A stretch of 63,310 nucleotides of DNA, the filler included, from Eubacteriales bacterium (lineage in GTDB: Bacteria > Bacillota > Clostridia > Oscillospirales > CAG-382), in NCBI GenBank assembly GCA_045636665.1. It is 7 parts of 7 records of this genome, joined end to end, with 100 filler letters (N's around TTAATTAATTAA, not from the genome) between each part and the next. Parts side by side here need not be neighbours in the genome. Positions count along the whole stretch, not along the records: positions 1 to 12,128 come from JAZTXY010000101.1; positions 12,229 to 15,598 come from JAZTXY010000103.1; positions 15,699 to 27,948 come from JAZTXY010000104.1; 4 more parts are not named here. The stretch is one strand, 5' to 3'. This document shows, in pieces, positions 9,377 through 18,558 of this stretch (its first letter is position 1; the number at the start of each line of letters is the position of its first letter). The position numbers and the translations under genes were made by a program. The notes under the pieces were generated by a model. It did no database searches. It had not been told where the DNA came from and saw nothing but the letters and a program-made list of their open reading frames with translations.

Positions 9377-10728
9377 AAATGAGATTTTGGCAAAAAACCT
9401 ATGTTTTCACGCTGTGTCTGTTTTTGCTTTGTCTGAATGCAGGGGTGCTTTCTCTTTCGGTATATACCTATCAAAAGAGCGTCAATGCTACCGAATCGGC
9501 TTTTGCGGCAGAGCAGTATTTTATAAAACGGTCCTTTGAAATGGATTATGCAGAAATGACACGCGCAAGCAAGAACCAAAGCCCCTCGTTGCTGATGCAA
9601 ACCTATTCCGCTTACTACGAGCAAAAGGGATTGTTGTTTGAGTTCAGAGAAAACGGCAACGCCATCCACACCTGCTTTGATGAAGCTCCGTCCTTGGGGA
9701 AAAACGCTATTGCTCACAAGGAGCTTGACGGCGTTCGATATATTTTCATTTCTTCGGAGCTGTGTGACGGAAAATACGAGTTCATTTTTGCGAAATGCGC
9801 GCAATCGATCGACGAGGAATTTGCTTCGCTGATGACGGTTTATACCTTCACGGTGCTTGGCGTTTCGGCAGTGCTTGCAGTTTCGCTTTATTATATTTTG
9901 AAACGGCTTTCGATACCGCTTGAAAAGCTGCGGGCAACGACCGACCTTATAGAAAACGGTGAGCTTTCGGTAGTCGCCGAAGAAAAAGGAAGCGACGAGG
10001 TTGTCGCCCTTGCGCGAAGCATTAACCGTATGCTCGGAACAATAAAGCGCCAAATGGAATCACTTGAAGCCGATTCGCAAAAAAAGCAAATGCTCGTTGA
10101 CAATATGGCGCACGAGCTTCGCACACCGCTAACCGTTATTTACGGCTATGCGGAGCTGCTTGAAAAGACAGAGCTTACCGACGATGACAGAATAGCGGCA
10201 ATTAAATATATTTTATCCGAAACAAAACGGCTTAAAAAAATATCGGAGCTGATGCTCGACAGCGCATTCCTGCGCGAAAATACCGTTTACACCGAAAAAA
10301 CAGACTTGGCGGAAATTCTTAATAACGTTGCGGAGCGTCTTTCTCCAAAAGCACAAAAGGCAAAGGTTTTTCTTCTGTGCGAAACCGAAAAAACGATTAT
10401 CAACGGAAATTCCGACCTGCTTTCCTTGCTTTTTTACAACCTTACGGAAAATGCGATAAAGGCTTGCAAAAGCAACGGCACGGTGCGCCTTTCCTGCAAA
10501 ACGAAGCGGGCTTGCGTTGAGGACAACGGAAAAGGGATAACCGAGGAACAGCTTTTGCATATCACCGAGCCGTTTTACCGCACCGACAACGCTCGGTCAC
10601 GCGCAGACGGAGGCGCCGGGCTCGGACTTGCGCTGTGCAAGAGGATTTGCGATTCTCATAACGCAAGGATGTCGTTTGAATCAAAACCCAACGAAGGAAC
10701 AAAGGTAACCGTTTCTTTTACAAGTTGA
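9373..10728 (+). CDS. HAMP-domain sensor histidine kinase
   Basis: Two TM segments, HAMP, AHELRTPL H-box, NLTENAIK, DNGKGI, GAGLGL. Confidence 0.95.
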   Translation: MKMRFWQKTYVFTLCLFLLCLNAGVLSLSVYTYQKSVNATESAFAAEQYFIKRSFEMDYAEMTRASKNQSPSLLMQTYSAYYEQKGLLFEFRENGNAIHTCFDEAPSLGKNAIAHKELDGVRYIFISSELCDGKYEFIFAKCAQSIDEEFASLMTVYTFTVLGVSAVLAVSLYYILKRLSIPLEKLRATTDLIENGELSVVAEEKGSDEVVALARSINRMLGTIKRQMESLEADSQKKQMLVDNMAHELRTPLTVIYGYAELLEKTELTDDDRIAAIKYILSETKRLKKISELMLDSAFLRENTVYTEKTDLAEILNNVAERLSPKAQKAKVFLLCETEKTIINGNSDLLSLLFYNLTENAIKACKSNGTVRLSCKTKRACVEDNGKGITEEQLLHITEPFYRTDNARSRADGGAGLGLALCKRICDSHNARMSFESKPNEGTKVTVSFTS

Positions 10729-10798
10729 TTATATTTCGAAGATATTTCGTTTAAAAACCGCCTTTAAAATACCCGTAACACTTTACGGAGGTATAGAA

Positions 10799-12088
10799 AT
10801 GAAAAACAACCACAAAATCGCAGCGATTGCCTTTTGTATGGTAATCGTGGCAACGCTTCTCTTTTCGGTCACCGCTTTTGCGATGTCCGACGTTTCGGAC
10901 GCAGAAAAAGAATTTGTTCCCGATGAATTCGAAAGCGCAATCCCGAGTGTTGAATTGGAAACCGCACCCGAATCGCAATCGGATATGCAAGCAAAATTCA
11001 ACGAATTTATTTCGGTTGAAAATGACGGCAAAACAGCAATTCTTTTCTCTGACGAACAGTATGAAAATCTTTTAGCCGTTCGTAACGAGGGCAAAAGAAA
11101 CGCTCTTTCCTATGAGGAGGCTCTTTATCTTATCAACGATACGATCGGAATGTATTCGCAATACGAAGAAATCGTTATAAAAAGCGAAATGATCGATTGC
11201 CTCGGACTTGAGTTTTATCTCGGCGGAAACAGCGGAATCATCGTTCCCGATGAAAACGATTACAGCAAAACGGTAAGAGATATTTATTCGCTTATTCTCT
11301 ACCGCCTGTATTTGCACGATTCGGGATTCGTTTCGATGTATACCGGTAATCTTTGCATTCCGTCAAAAGCCGAATCCGAATTTTTGATTCTTTTCGAGGG
11401 CGACAAGCGTCTTGAATCGAAAGCGGCAGACGGAACTCCTTGGATTACCAACGATTCGGTTTATTTCGTAAACAAGCGCATCTTCCTGCTTGCCTTTGAC
11501 AACGGAAGCGAAATCGACGCCGATTACAACAATACTCTTTTGAACAACTACATCAAATGGGCAAATGAGGATATGGCAGCGGATCTTGCTCATCGCGGAA
11601 TCGAGCAGGATTTCGATTTCGATGGCAATTCGCTTTCGGCACCTATGCTTGTGATCGATATGCCGCTTGACGGAGATAATATGTACGTCGATACCTACAC
11701 CGTCGATATCGTTACCCAAGCCGCTGACAGCCGCGACCGTATTTACCCCACTCCCGAATTGGCTGACGCAAAGCCCGAAGGATACTTTGACCGCATACAT
11801 TTCTTCCCGATACAAAGCATCACCGTGTCGATCGGTTTCCCCAATTTAGGCGCTGAACGTCACGAAGTTACCAAGGAAGAATTCGACAGCATCAAAGCGA
11901 TTCTCGACAACGGAAAAGAGTGGAGCTATGGCATCCACGTCGGCGACATCACGGCAAGATTTACCGTTGACCAATGCGGAATCAATTACTACAACGGAGC
12001 ATTATATAACACCGAAACCGGAAGATACCTTAACCTCACTTCCGAAGAAAACGAATTCATCGTTTCGTTGATCGAGAAATATAAATAG
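10799..12088 (+). CDS. Secreted acidic hypothetical protein
   Basis: SD GGAGG; signal peptide ending TAFA; no family recognised. Confidence 0.7.
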   Translation: MKNNHKIAAIAFCMVIVATLLFSVTAFAMSDVSDAEKEFVPDEFESAIPSVELETAPESQSDMQAKFNEFISVENDGKTAILFSDEQYENLLAVRNEGKRNALSYEEALYLINDTIGMYSQYEEIVIKSEMIDCLGLEFYLGGNSGIIVPDENDYSKTVRDIYSLILYRLYLHDSGFVSMYTGNLCIPSKAESEFLILFEGDKRLESKAADGTPWITNDSVYFVNKRIFLLAFDNGSEIDADYNNTLLNNYIKWANEDMAADLAHRGIEQDFDFDGNSLSAPMLVIDMPLDGDNMYVDTYTVDIVTQAADSRDRIYPTPELADAKPEGYFDRIHFFPIQSITVSIGFPNLGAERHEVTKEEFDSIKAILDNGKEWSYGIHVGDITARFTVDQCGINYYNGALYNTETGRYLNLTSEENEFIVSLIEKYK

Positions 12089-12106
12089 CCCTCCTTTCAG
12101 TAAAAA

Positions 12107-12128
12107 CCCGTCAGCTTAAGCTGACGGG
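12107..12128 (+). terminator. Probable terminator hairpin at the contig end
   Basis: CCCGTCAGC-ttaa-GCTGACGGG; any U-tail is cut off by the gap. Confidence 0.6.
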
Positions 12129-12228
12129 NNNNNNNNNNNNNNNNNNNNNNNNNNNNNNNNNNNNNNNNNNNNTTAATTAATTAANNNNNNNNNNNNNNNN
12201 NNNNNNNNNNNNNNNNNNNNNNNNNNNN
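12129..12228. other. Artificial contig linker
   Basis: N-run + TTAATTAATTAA + N-run, 100 nt. Confidence 0.99.
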
Positions 12229-12827
12229 GCAAGCGCATCCTGAGCAATGACCATGTTGTCATACTTAAGGATGTCGTAAACGTTAATGGTGTTAACGGGA
12301 GCGGTGATTACGCCAGGGATGTTAGCCGCGGAGCCAACTACGTATTCGTTAACATTAAGAGTAACGATCATAGCCTTACCTTCAGCATTAACCGCCTTAA
12401 GGAAGTTAACCATGCTCTTGGTCTTGTAGCTGTCAAGCGCGATATTGTCAACGACAATCAATTCGTTTGCAACCACTTTAGAGGTGAGAGCGGAGAAAAG
12501 TGCAACTTGCTTAAGTTTCTTGTTGATGCTTACACGGTAGCTTCTGGGCTTAGGTCCAAGTGCGATACCGCCGTGGGTCCATTGAGGAGCACGGGTGGAA
12601 CCCTGTCTTGCTCTGCCGGTACCCTTTTGACGCCAAGGCTTTCTACCGCCGCCGCGAACTTCGCTTCTGGTAAGAGTAGATTGAGTACCCTGACGTTGGT
12701 TGAGCAAATATGCTCTAACTACGGAGTGAACTGCTGCGTTGTTGATTTCTGCAGCAAAGAGCTTATCGGAAAGAGTGACTTCGCCACAAACCTTTCCTTC
12801 CATGTTTAAAACGTTAACTGTAGGCAT
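12229..12827 (-). CDS. rplD: 50S ribosomal protein L4 (3' truncated)
   Basis: RQGTQSTLTRSEVRGGGRKPWRQKGTGRARQGS. Confidence 0.97.
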
Positions 12828-12845
12828 TTCTTTTCCTCCTTCCGC

Positions 12846-13475
12846 TTATTTCACAGTGTTGCGGAGGTAAACGATACCGCCCTTTGCACCGGGAACCGCA
12901 CCCTTAACAGCGATAAGGTTGTTATCGGGGTCGATCTTAACGATTTCAAGGTTGAGCATCGTTACCTGCTCGTTACCGTACTGACCGGCCATCTTCTTGT
13001 TCTTGAAGATACGCGAGGGGTCGCTGTTTGCGCCCATCGAACCTGCCTGACGGTGAACAGGGCCTGTACCGTGGGTCATTCTGAGTCTGTGGCAGCCCCA
13101 TCTCTTGATGACGCCGCTGAAGCCGTGACCCTTGGTAACACCGGTGATATCGATCTTTTCGCCAACTTCGAAGGTGTCAGCGGTGATCACGTCACCAACG
13201 TTAAGGGAAGCACAATCTTCAAGACGGAATTCCTTGAGGTACTTCTTGAAGGAAACCTCTGCTTTAGCGAAAACGCCTTTTTGAGGTTTGTTGAGTTTTC
13301 TCTCGGGGATGTCCGAGAAACCGAGTTGAACAGCTTCGTAGCCGTTCTTTTCATTCGTTCTCTTTTGAACGACAACGCAGGGACCTGCGCTGATGACAGT
13401 AACAGGGATAACCTTGCCCTTTTCATCAAAGAGCTGAGTCATACCGAGCTTTCTGCCGATGATGCCTTTTTTCAT
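12846..13475 (-). CDS. rplC: 50S ribosomal protein L3
   Basis: [28 protein letters not shown]. Confidence 0.98.
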   Translation of the reverse strand: MKKGIIGRKLGMTQLFDEKGKVIPVTVISAGPCVVVQKRTNEKNGYEAVQLGFSDIPERKLNKPQKGVFAKAEVSFKKYLKEFRLEDCASLNVGDVITADTFEVGEKIDITGVTKGHGFSGVIKRWGCHRLRMTHGTGPVHRQAGSMGANSDPSRIFKNKKMAGQYGNEQVTMLNLEIVKIDPDNNLIAVKGAVPGAKGGIVYLRNTVK

Positions 13476-13556
13476 TTGTTTATCCTCCTTAGGTTATTGG
13501 TTGACGCGCCAAACGCACATCAACGTGACCTTAATTTGACAAAAGGTAATTAAGAA

Positions 13557-13868
13557 TTAGAGTTCAACGTTGAAATCCACGCCTGCGGGGAGATCGGTGC
13601 TCATAAGAGCTTCTACGCAAGCCTTAGAGGGCTTGATGATGTCGATAAGACGCTTGTGAGTTCTGTATTCGAACTGTTCGCGGCTATCCTTATACTTGTG
13701 AACTGCACGAAGGATGGTGATGATTTCCTTTTCGGTAGGAAGAGGAATGGGACCGGAAACGGTAGCGCCGTTGCGCTTAGCGGTTTCAACGATCTTTTCA
13801 GCAGCACGATCGATAAGGGTGTGATCGTAGCTCTTAAGACGGATTCTGATCTTTTCTTTCTTTGCCAT
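13557..13868 (-). CDS. rpsJ: 30S ribosomal protein S10
   Basis: [28 protein letters not shown]. Confidence 0.98.
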   Translation of the reverse strand: MAKKEKIRIRLKSYDHTLIDRAAEKIVETAKRNGATVSGPIPLPTEKEIITILRAVHKYKDSREQFEYRTHKRLIDIIKPSKACVEALMSTDLPAGVDFNVEL

Positions 13869-13974
13869 GGGTTTGCCTCCAAATAAAATATAATAAAATG
13901 AAATGATTTGACGGCAGAGCCTTGAACACCGCGCCGGGCGTTTCGTAAAACACCCTTAAAAAATGCTCGAAGCC

Positions 13975-14047
13975 TGCGCCCGATTGTCGGACATACTCTG
14001 CCATAGTTACCTGTCAGTTGACAGCAATCTATAGCTTCATCGCACAC
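13975..14047 (-). ncRNA. Clostridial S10-operon ribosomal protein leader (S10-Clostridia-like r-leader)
   Basis: Minus strand GCGATGAAGCTATAGATTGC...GTAACTATGGCAGAGTATGTCCGACAATCGGGCG in the ~180-nt 5' UTR of rpsJ; matches my recollection of this leader's conserved blocks. Confidence 0.7.
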
Positions 14048-14059
14048 CAAGCGGAGTCG

Positions 14060-14088
14060 ATTTTACCATATATACATATAAATTGCAA
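14060..14088 (-). promoter_or_regulatory. sigma-A promoter of the S10 operon
   Basis: Minus strand TTGCAA-N17-TAAAAT with TG extension. Confidence 0.7.
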
Positions 14089-14260
14089 CCCCTATTGTCA
14101 AATTTAATTGTAAACATTTTGTGAACATTTGTTAATTCATTATTTTATCCCTCAAAATATTTTTCTTTAAAAAATCTTCAAAATCTTCTTTACAAAGCGC
14201 CGTTTTTTGATATAATGTTTTTAGAATATATTATATATAATAATAAAGGAAGAAAAAACG

Positions 14261-14515
14261 ATGAAAATCGAAAGAATCAACAAGGGTGTTTGCTCGCGCA
14301 GCATTACTTTTGACCTTGACGAAAACCACAAAGTAACCAACGTTTCCTTTGTCGGAGGTTGCAACGGCAACTTAAAAGGAGTAGCGGCACTCTGCGAAGG
14401 AATGCTTGCAGAAGATATTATTTCGAGATGCAAGGGTATAACCTGCGGATTTAAGTCCACCTCGTGCCCCGATCAATTGGCGCAGGCATTAGAGGAAGCG
14501 CTTCAGAACGCATAA
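14261..14515 (+). CDS. Small TSCPD-domain protein (TIGR03905-like)
   Basis: GVCS, FVGGCNGNL, GITCGFKSTSCPDQLA; upstream TG-ATATAAT at 14208-14216. Confidence 0.88.
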   Translation: MKIERINKGVCSRSITFDLDENHKVTNVSFVGGCNGNLKGVAALCEGMLAEDIISRCKGITCGFKSTSCPDQLAQALEEALQNA

Positions 14516-14545
14516 ATTTTCACAATATTTTGGAGGACTCCTTTT

Positions 14546-15598
14546 ATGAACAGGGAATTCGAAAAATGGCTTAATAACGAAAATCTCGACGAGGCATCGA
14601 AAAAACGTCTTTTGGAAATCAAGGACGATGAAACCCTGATTGCCGAAAGATTTGCAATCCCCATGAGCTTCGGCACCGCAGGATTGAGAAGCACCATGGA
14701 CGTCGGAATTTCAAAAATGAACGTATATACCGTTGGTCAAACGACTCAGGGCTTGGCAGAGCTTATCGTTTCGGCAAACGGACAGAGCCGCGGCGTTGCG
14801 GTTTGCTATGACAGCAGAAACGATTCGGATACCTTTGCAAAAACTGCGGCAAGCGTTCTTACGGCAAACGGTATTAAGGTTTATTTGTTCGACGGAATGA
14901 GACCCACCCCCGAGCTTTCCTTTGCTATTTTGCATTACGGCTGTATTGCGGGCATCAACGTTACCGCTTCGCACAACCCGAAGGAATACAACGGATATAA
15001 GGTTTATTGGGAGGACGGCGCTCAATTACCGCCCGAACACGCAAGCGTGGTTTCGGAATCCGCGGCAAAAACCGATATTTTCAACGGTGTCAAGACAATG
15101 GACCTTGAGGAAGCTAAAAAGCAGGGTCTTTTGGTTATGATCGGCGACGAATGCGACGAAGCGTTTTTGTCTGCAGTGCTCGATTGCCGTCTTGATGCGG
15201 AAAATACAAAGAAATACGGAAACGATGTTAAGATTGCTTACACAGCGCTCCACGGCACGGGCTATAAGCTTGTTCCCGAGGCGTTGAAGCGTTGCGGTAT
15301 CGACAATTTGATAACGGTTGACAGCCAAATGATACCCGACGGCAACTTCCCCACAGTTAAAAGCCCCAACCCGGAAAACAGAAGCTGTTTTGATTTGGCA
15401 ATACCCATTGCCGTGGAAAATGACTGCGATTTGCTTATAGGAACAGACCCCGATGCAGACAGAATGGGCATTGTGGTAAGAGATAAAAACGGCGAATATG
15501 TTTCCTTAACGGGAAATCAGGTTGGAGCATTGCTTTTGTCATATATTATTGCGCAAAGAAAGGCAAAAGGTACGCTTCCAAAGGACGCTTTTGCAATA
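14546..15598 (+). CDS. pgm: Phosphoglucomutase/phosphomannomutase (3' truncated)
   Basis: FGTAGLR, TASHNP phosphoserine motif, DPDADR metal loop. Confidence 0.93.
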
Positions 15599-15698
15599 NN
15601 NNNNNNNNNNNNNNNNNNNNNNNNNNNNNNNNNNNNNNNNNNTTAATTAATTAANNNNNNNNNNNNNNNNNNNNNNNNNNNNNNNNNNNNNNNNNNNN
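15599..15698. other. Artificial contig linker
   Basis: N-run + TTAATTAATTAA. Confidence 0.99.
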
Positions 15699-15766
15699 AA
15701 ATGTAACGGCTTATCGACCGTATACATAAAATGAAAGCAGAGTATAATTAAGAACGGAGCGACCGA

Positions 15767-16585
15767 ATGAAGATTGCGGTAATTGGAGGCGACCGACGTA
15801 TGTCGACCGTCGCGCGGCTGTTTTGCGAATCGGGCTTTGATTGCAAAACGGCGGCGTCAGGAAACGAAAACACCGACGTTTTTGAGGCGGTGAAGGATTC
15901 TGCGGTAACGGTTTTGCCGTTGCCTTGTCAAAAGGGCGGCAAGCTTAATGCACCGACGTCGAATGAGGAAATATACGTCGATGACATATTCGCCGCAGGA
16001 TTCGGAAAAACCCTTTTCATCGGCGGAGCGATGCCCTTGAATATACCGCAGTCTGAAGATTATTCACTGCGCGAGGATTTTTTGCTGAAAAACACAGTCC
16101 TTACGGCAGAGGGCGCAATCGAAATCGCCCTGCGCGAAACGGATTTTTCGCTTTTCGGCGCAAAAACAGCCGTTTTCGGATACGGTAGGATAGGCGCGCG
16201 ACTCGCCTCGCTGTTAACGGCATTCGGCGCAAGAGTCACCGTTGTGGCAAGGCGAAGCGAAAGCCGTTCACTTGCCGAGATTGCAAATCATCACGCAGTC
16301 GGGTTTGCCCAAGCGAACGATGTTTTGGAAAATTCCGACATTATTTTCAACACGGTACCTTTTCGCATATTCGGGAAAGACGAACTTTCGAAAATGAGCA
16401 AAAATTCACTTTATATCGAGCTTGCGTCTGCGCCCTACGGCTTTTGCGAGGAAGACAAAGGCAGCTGCGCCGCAAAAATAATCACCGCCTCGGGCTTGCC
16501 GGGGAAGGTGGCTTTTGAAACTGCGGGTAGGATAATTTTCGATACGGTCATTGCGATTATGCGCGAAAGGGGGATGGCGGTATGA
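15767..16585 (+). CDS. spoVFA: Dipicolinate synthase subunit A
   Basis: IAVIGGDRR, NTVLTAEGAI, GYGRIG, LASAPYG, GLPGKVA. Confidence 0.9.
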   Translation: MKIAVIGGDRRMSTVARLFCESGFDCKTAASGNENTDVFEAVKDSAVTVLPLPCQKGGKLNAPTSNEEIYVDDIFAAGFGKTLFIGGAMPLNIPQSEDYSLREDFLLKNTVLTAEGAIEIALRETDFSLFGAKTAVFGYGRIGARLASLLTAFGARVTVVARRSESRSLAEIANHHAVGFAQANDVLENSDIIFNTVPFRIFGKDELSKMSKNSLYIELASAPYGFCEEDKGSCAAKIITASGLPGKVAFETAGRIIFDTVIAIMRERGMAV

Positions 16586-17142
16586 AGCTGGCATACGCCT
16601 TGTGCGGTTCGTTCTGCACCCACTCAATTTCGGTCGACGCGCTTAAGCAGCTATCGGTCGGCAACGATATAACGCCGATACTTTCGGAGATAACGCGTGA
16701 CACAGACACGCGATTCGGCAGCGCCGCCACCCTGCGCGAAACGGTTTTCGGTATATGCGGCAACAAGCCGATACTTTCGATACGCCAAGCCGAGGAAACG
16801 GTAACCGTCGGCAATTACGACGCTCTTATCGTCGCGCCCTGCACGGGAAACACTCTTGCAAAAATCGCAAACGGAATAACCGATTCGACCGTCACGATGT
16901 GCGTAAAAGCACAGCTTCGATGCCGCCGTCCCGTAATAATCGGCATCGCCACAAACGACGGTCTGGGCGCCAATCTGCAAAACATCGCGCAGACGCTTGA
17001 AAAGAAAAACATTTATTTCGTGCCGTTTTCTCAGGATAATCCAACGGGAAAGCCGACCTCGCTGATTTGCGATTTTTCGTTGATCGGCGAAACGCTTGCC
17101 CTTGCGCTCAGCGGAAAACAGATACAGCCGATACTTCAATAG
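16582..17142 (+). CDS. spoVFB: Dipicolinate synthase subunit B
   Basis: LCGSFCT, DTRFG, APCTGNTLAK, YFVPFSQD, QIQPIL. Confidence 0.94.
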   Translation: MKLAYALCGSFCTHSISVDALKQLSVGNDITPILSEITRDTDTRFGSAATLRETVFGICGNKPILSIRQAEETVTVGNYDALIVAPCTGNTLAKIANGITDSTVTMCVKAQLRCRRPVIIGIATNDGLGANLQNIAQTLEKKNIYFVPFSQDNPTGKPTSLICDFSLIGETLALALSGKQIQPILQ

Positions 17143-17147
17143 TAAAG

Positions 17148-17188
17148 CAAGACGGACAGATGGAAAATCTATCCGTCTTGACTTTTTT
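17148..17188 (+). terminator. Intrinsic terminator after spoVFB
   Basis: CAAGACGGAcAGAT...ATCTaTCCGTCTTG followed by a T-run. Confidence 0.75.
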
Positions 17189-17254
17189 ATGCCGCGATGT
17201 TACAATGCGCTTGACAAACGATTAAACCGTTTGCAGAAAATTCAGGAGGTAATT

Positions 17255-18466
17255 ATGAAAAAGTTTTTTGCTTTCATCATCGTTATCTGCATCGTTACGT
17301 CCGCAATTCCGCTTGTTGCTTCGGCAGAGGCTCAATACGGCAGCGTAACAGAAGCCGCCGATGACCTTCGCGAGGGTATGGTAAACCGCCAAGCCGCGAT
17401 ACTTCTTCAATACAAGACAAAGAACGAGCCCACAAAAGAATCTATCGATGTGATGTTCGCGCAGGCGGTCGCCGAAAACGGTCAAGCAACGTCGGGCGAC
17501 TATCTTTATTGGCACGTCAGCAGCTACGGCGCAGGCGGAGAATATTGGTTTGAAGACGGATATTATTATTGCGATATAACCTTTGAGATGACCTATTACA
17601 CCACCAAAAAGCAGGAAGATGAGCTTACAACGGCAATCAACAAGCTTATTGCAAGCTTCGGCTTTACGCAAAGCACCGACGATTACACAAAAATAAAAAC
17701 CGTATACGAATATATTTGCAACAACGTCGATTATGATTACGATAATCTTAACGATGATAATTACAAGCTTAAATATTCCGCTTATGCCGCGTTGATAAAC
17801 AAAACGGCAATTTGTCAGGGCTATGCAAGTCTTTTTTACAGATTGCTCCACGAGGTCGGCATCAATAACAGAATCATAACAGGAAAATCGAGCAACCAAA
17901 ACCACGCGTGGAACATAGTCGAGCTCGACGGCGTTTATTACAATGCCGACTCCACTTGGGACGCAGGTCTGGACAAGTTTTTATATTTCCTCAAATGCGG
18001 TGACCACTTCGACGACCATTTACGCAACGCCGAATATACCGACAGCGCTTTTCTCGAAGCATACCCTATGGCGAAAAAATGCTATTCCCCCGCGCCCGCG
18101 CTTTCGGAATGCGAAAAATCGGGACACGATATGGGCGATTGGTATGAAACCAAAACGGCAACCGAAACCGAAACGGGTGAGGAGCGCAGAGATTGCAGCC
18201 GTTGCGGCCATTATGAAACCCGAACGATTCCCGTTATCGAGGCACCAGAGAACAAGCTCGGCGATATTAACGGAAACGGCGAAATTGAAAAATACGATTA
18301 TATTACGGTAAAACGCGCGTGTATGTCGACACTCACACTCAGCGTTGCACAGCAAAAAACCGCCGACGTTAACGAAAGCGGCTCGGTCGAAAAGTACGAT
18401 TATATCCTTATCAAACGCCACTGTATGGGCACCTACGTTATCCAAAATCTTTCCAAAGCATCCTAA
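17255..18466 (+). CDS. Secreted transglutaminase-like (Cys-His-Asp) protein with C-terminal dockerin
   Basis: SD AGGAGG before ATG 17255; signal peptide ending ASA; ICQGYA, HAWN, DSTWD; one H..W..CxxC repeat; duplicated GDING/ADVNE Ca-loop dockerin. Confidence 0.85.
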   Translation: MKKFFAFIIVICIVTSAIPLVASAEAQYGSVTEAADDLREGMVNRQAAILLQYKTKNEPTKESIDVMFAQAVAENGQATSGDYLYWHVSSYGAGGEYWFEDGYYYCDITFEMTYYTTKKQEDELTTAINKLIASFGFTQSTDDYTKIKTVYEYICNNVDYDYDNLNDDNYKLKYSAYAALINKTAICQGYASLFYRLLHEVGINNRIITGKSSNQNHAWNIVELDGVYYNADSTWDAGLDKFLYFLKCGDHFDDHLRNAEYTDSAFLEAYPMAKKCYSPAPALSECEKSGHDMGDWYETKTATETETGEERRDCSRCGHYETRTIPVIEAPENKLGDINGNGEIEKYDYITVKRACMSTLTLSVAQQKTADVNESGSVEKYDYILIKRHCMGTYVIQNLSKAS

Positions 18467-18471
18467 CTCGC

Positions 18472-18498
18472 AATCCCGCCCTATCGGCGGGATTTTTT
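18472..18498 (+). terminator. Intrinsic terminator
   Basis: AATCCCGCC-ctatc-GGCGGGATTTTTT. Confidence 0.85.
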
Positions 18499-18499
18499 C

Positions 18500-18528
18500 T
18501 TGACATTATTACCATTATGATTTATAAT
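18500..18528 (+). promoter_or_regulatory. Perfect-consensus sigma-A promoter for the SGNH-dockerin gene
   Basis: TTGACA-N17-TATAAT, 30 nt upstream of ATG 18559. Confidence 0.85.
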
Positions 18529-18558
18529 ATTTTTATCTAATTAACAAGGAGAACGGTT

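Noticed and set aside
13500..13524. Hairpin between rpsJ and rplC (minus strand GTTGATGTGC-gtttg-GCGCGTCAAC)
   Set aside because: A single small intergenic stem with nothing further to support a distinct function.
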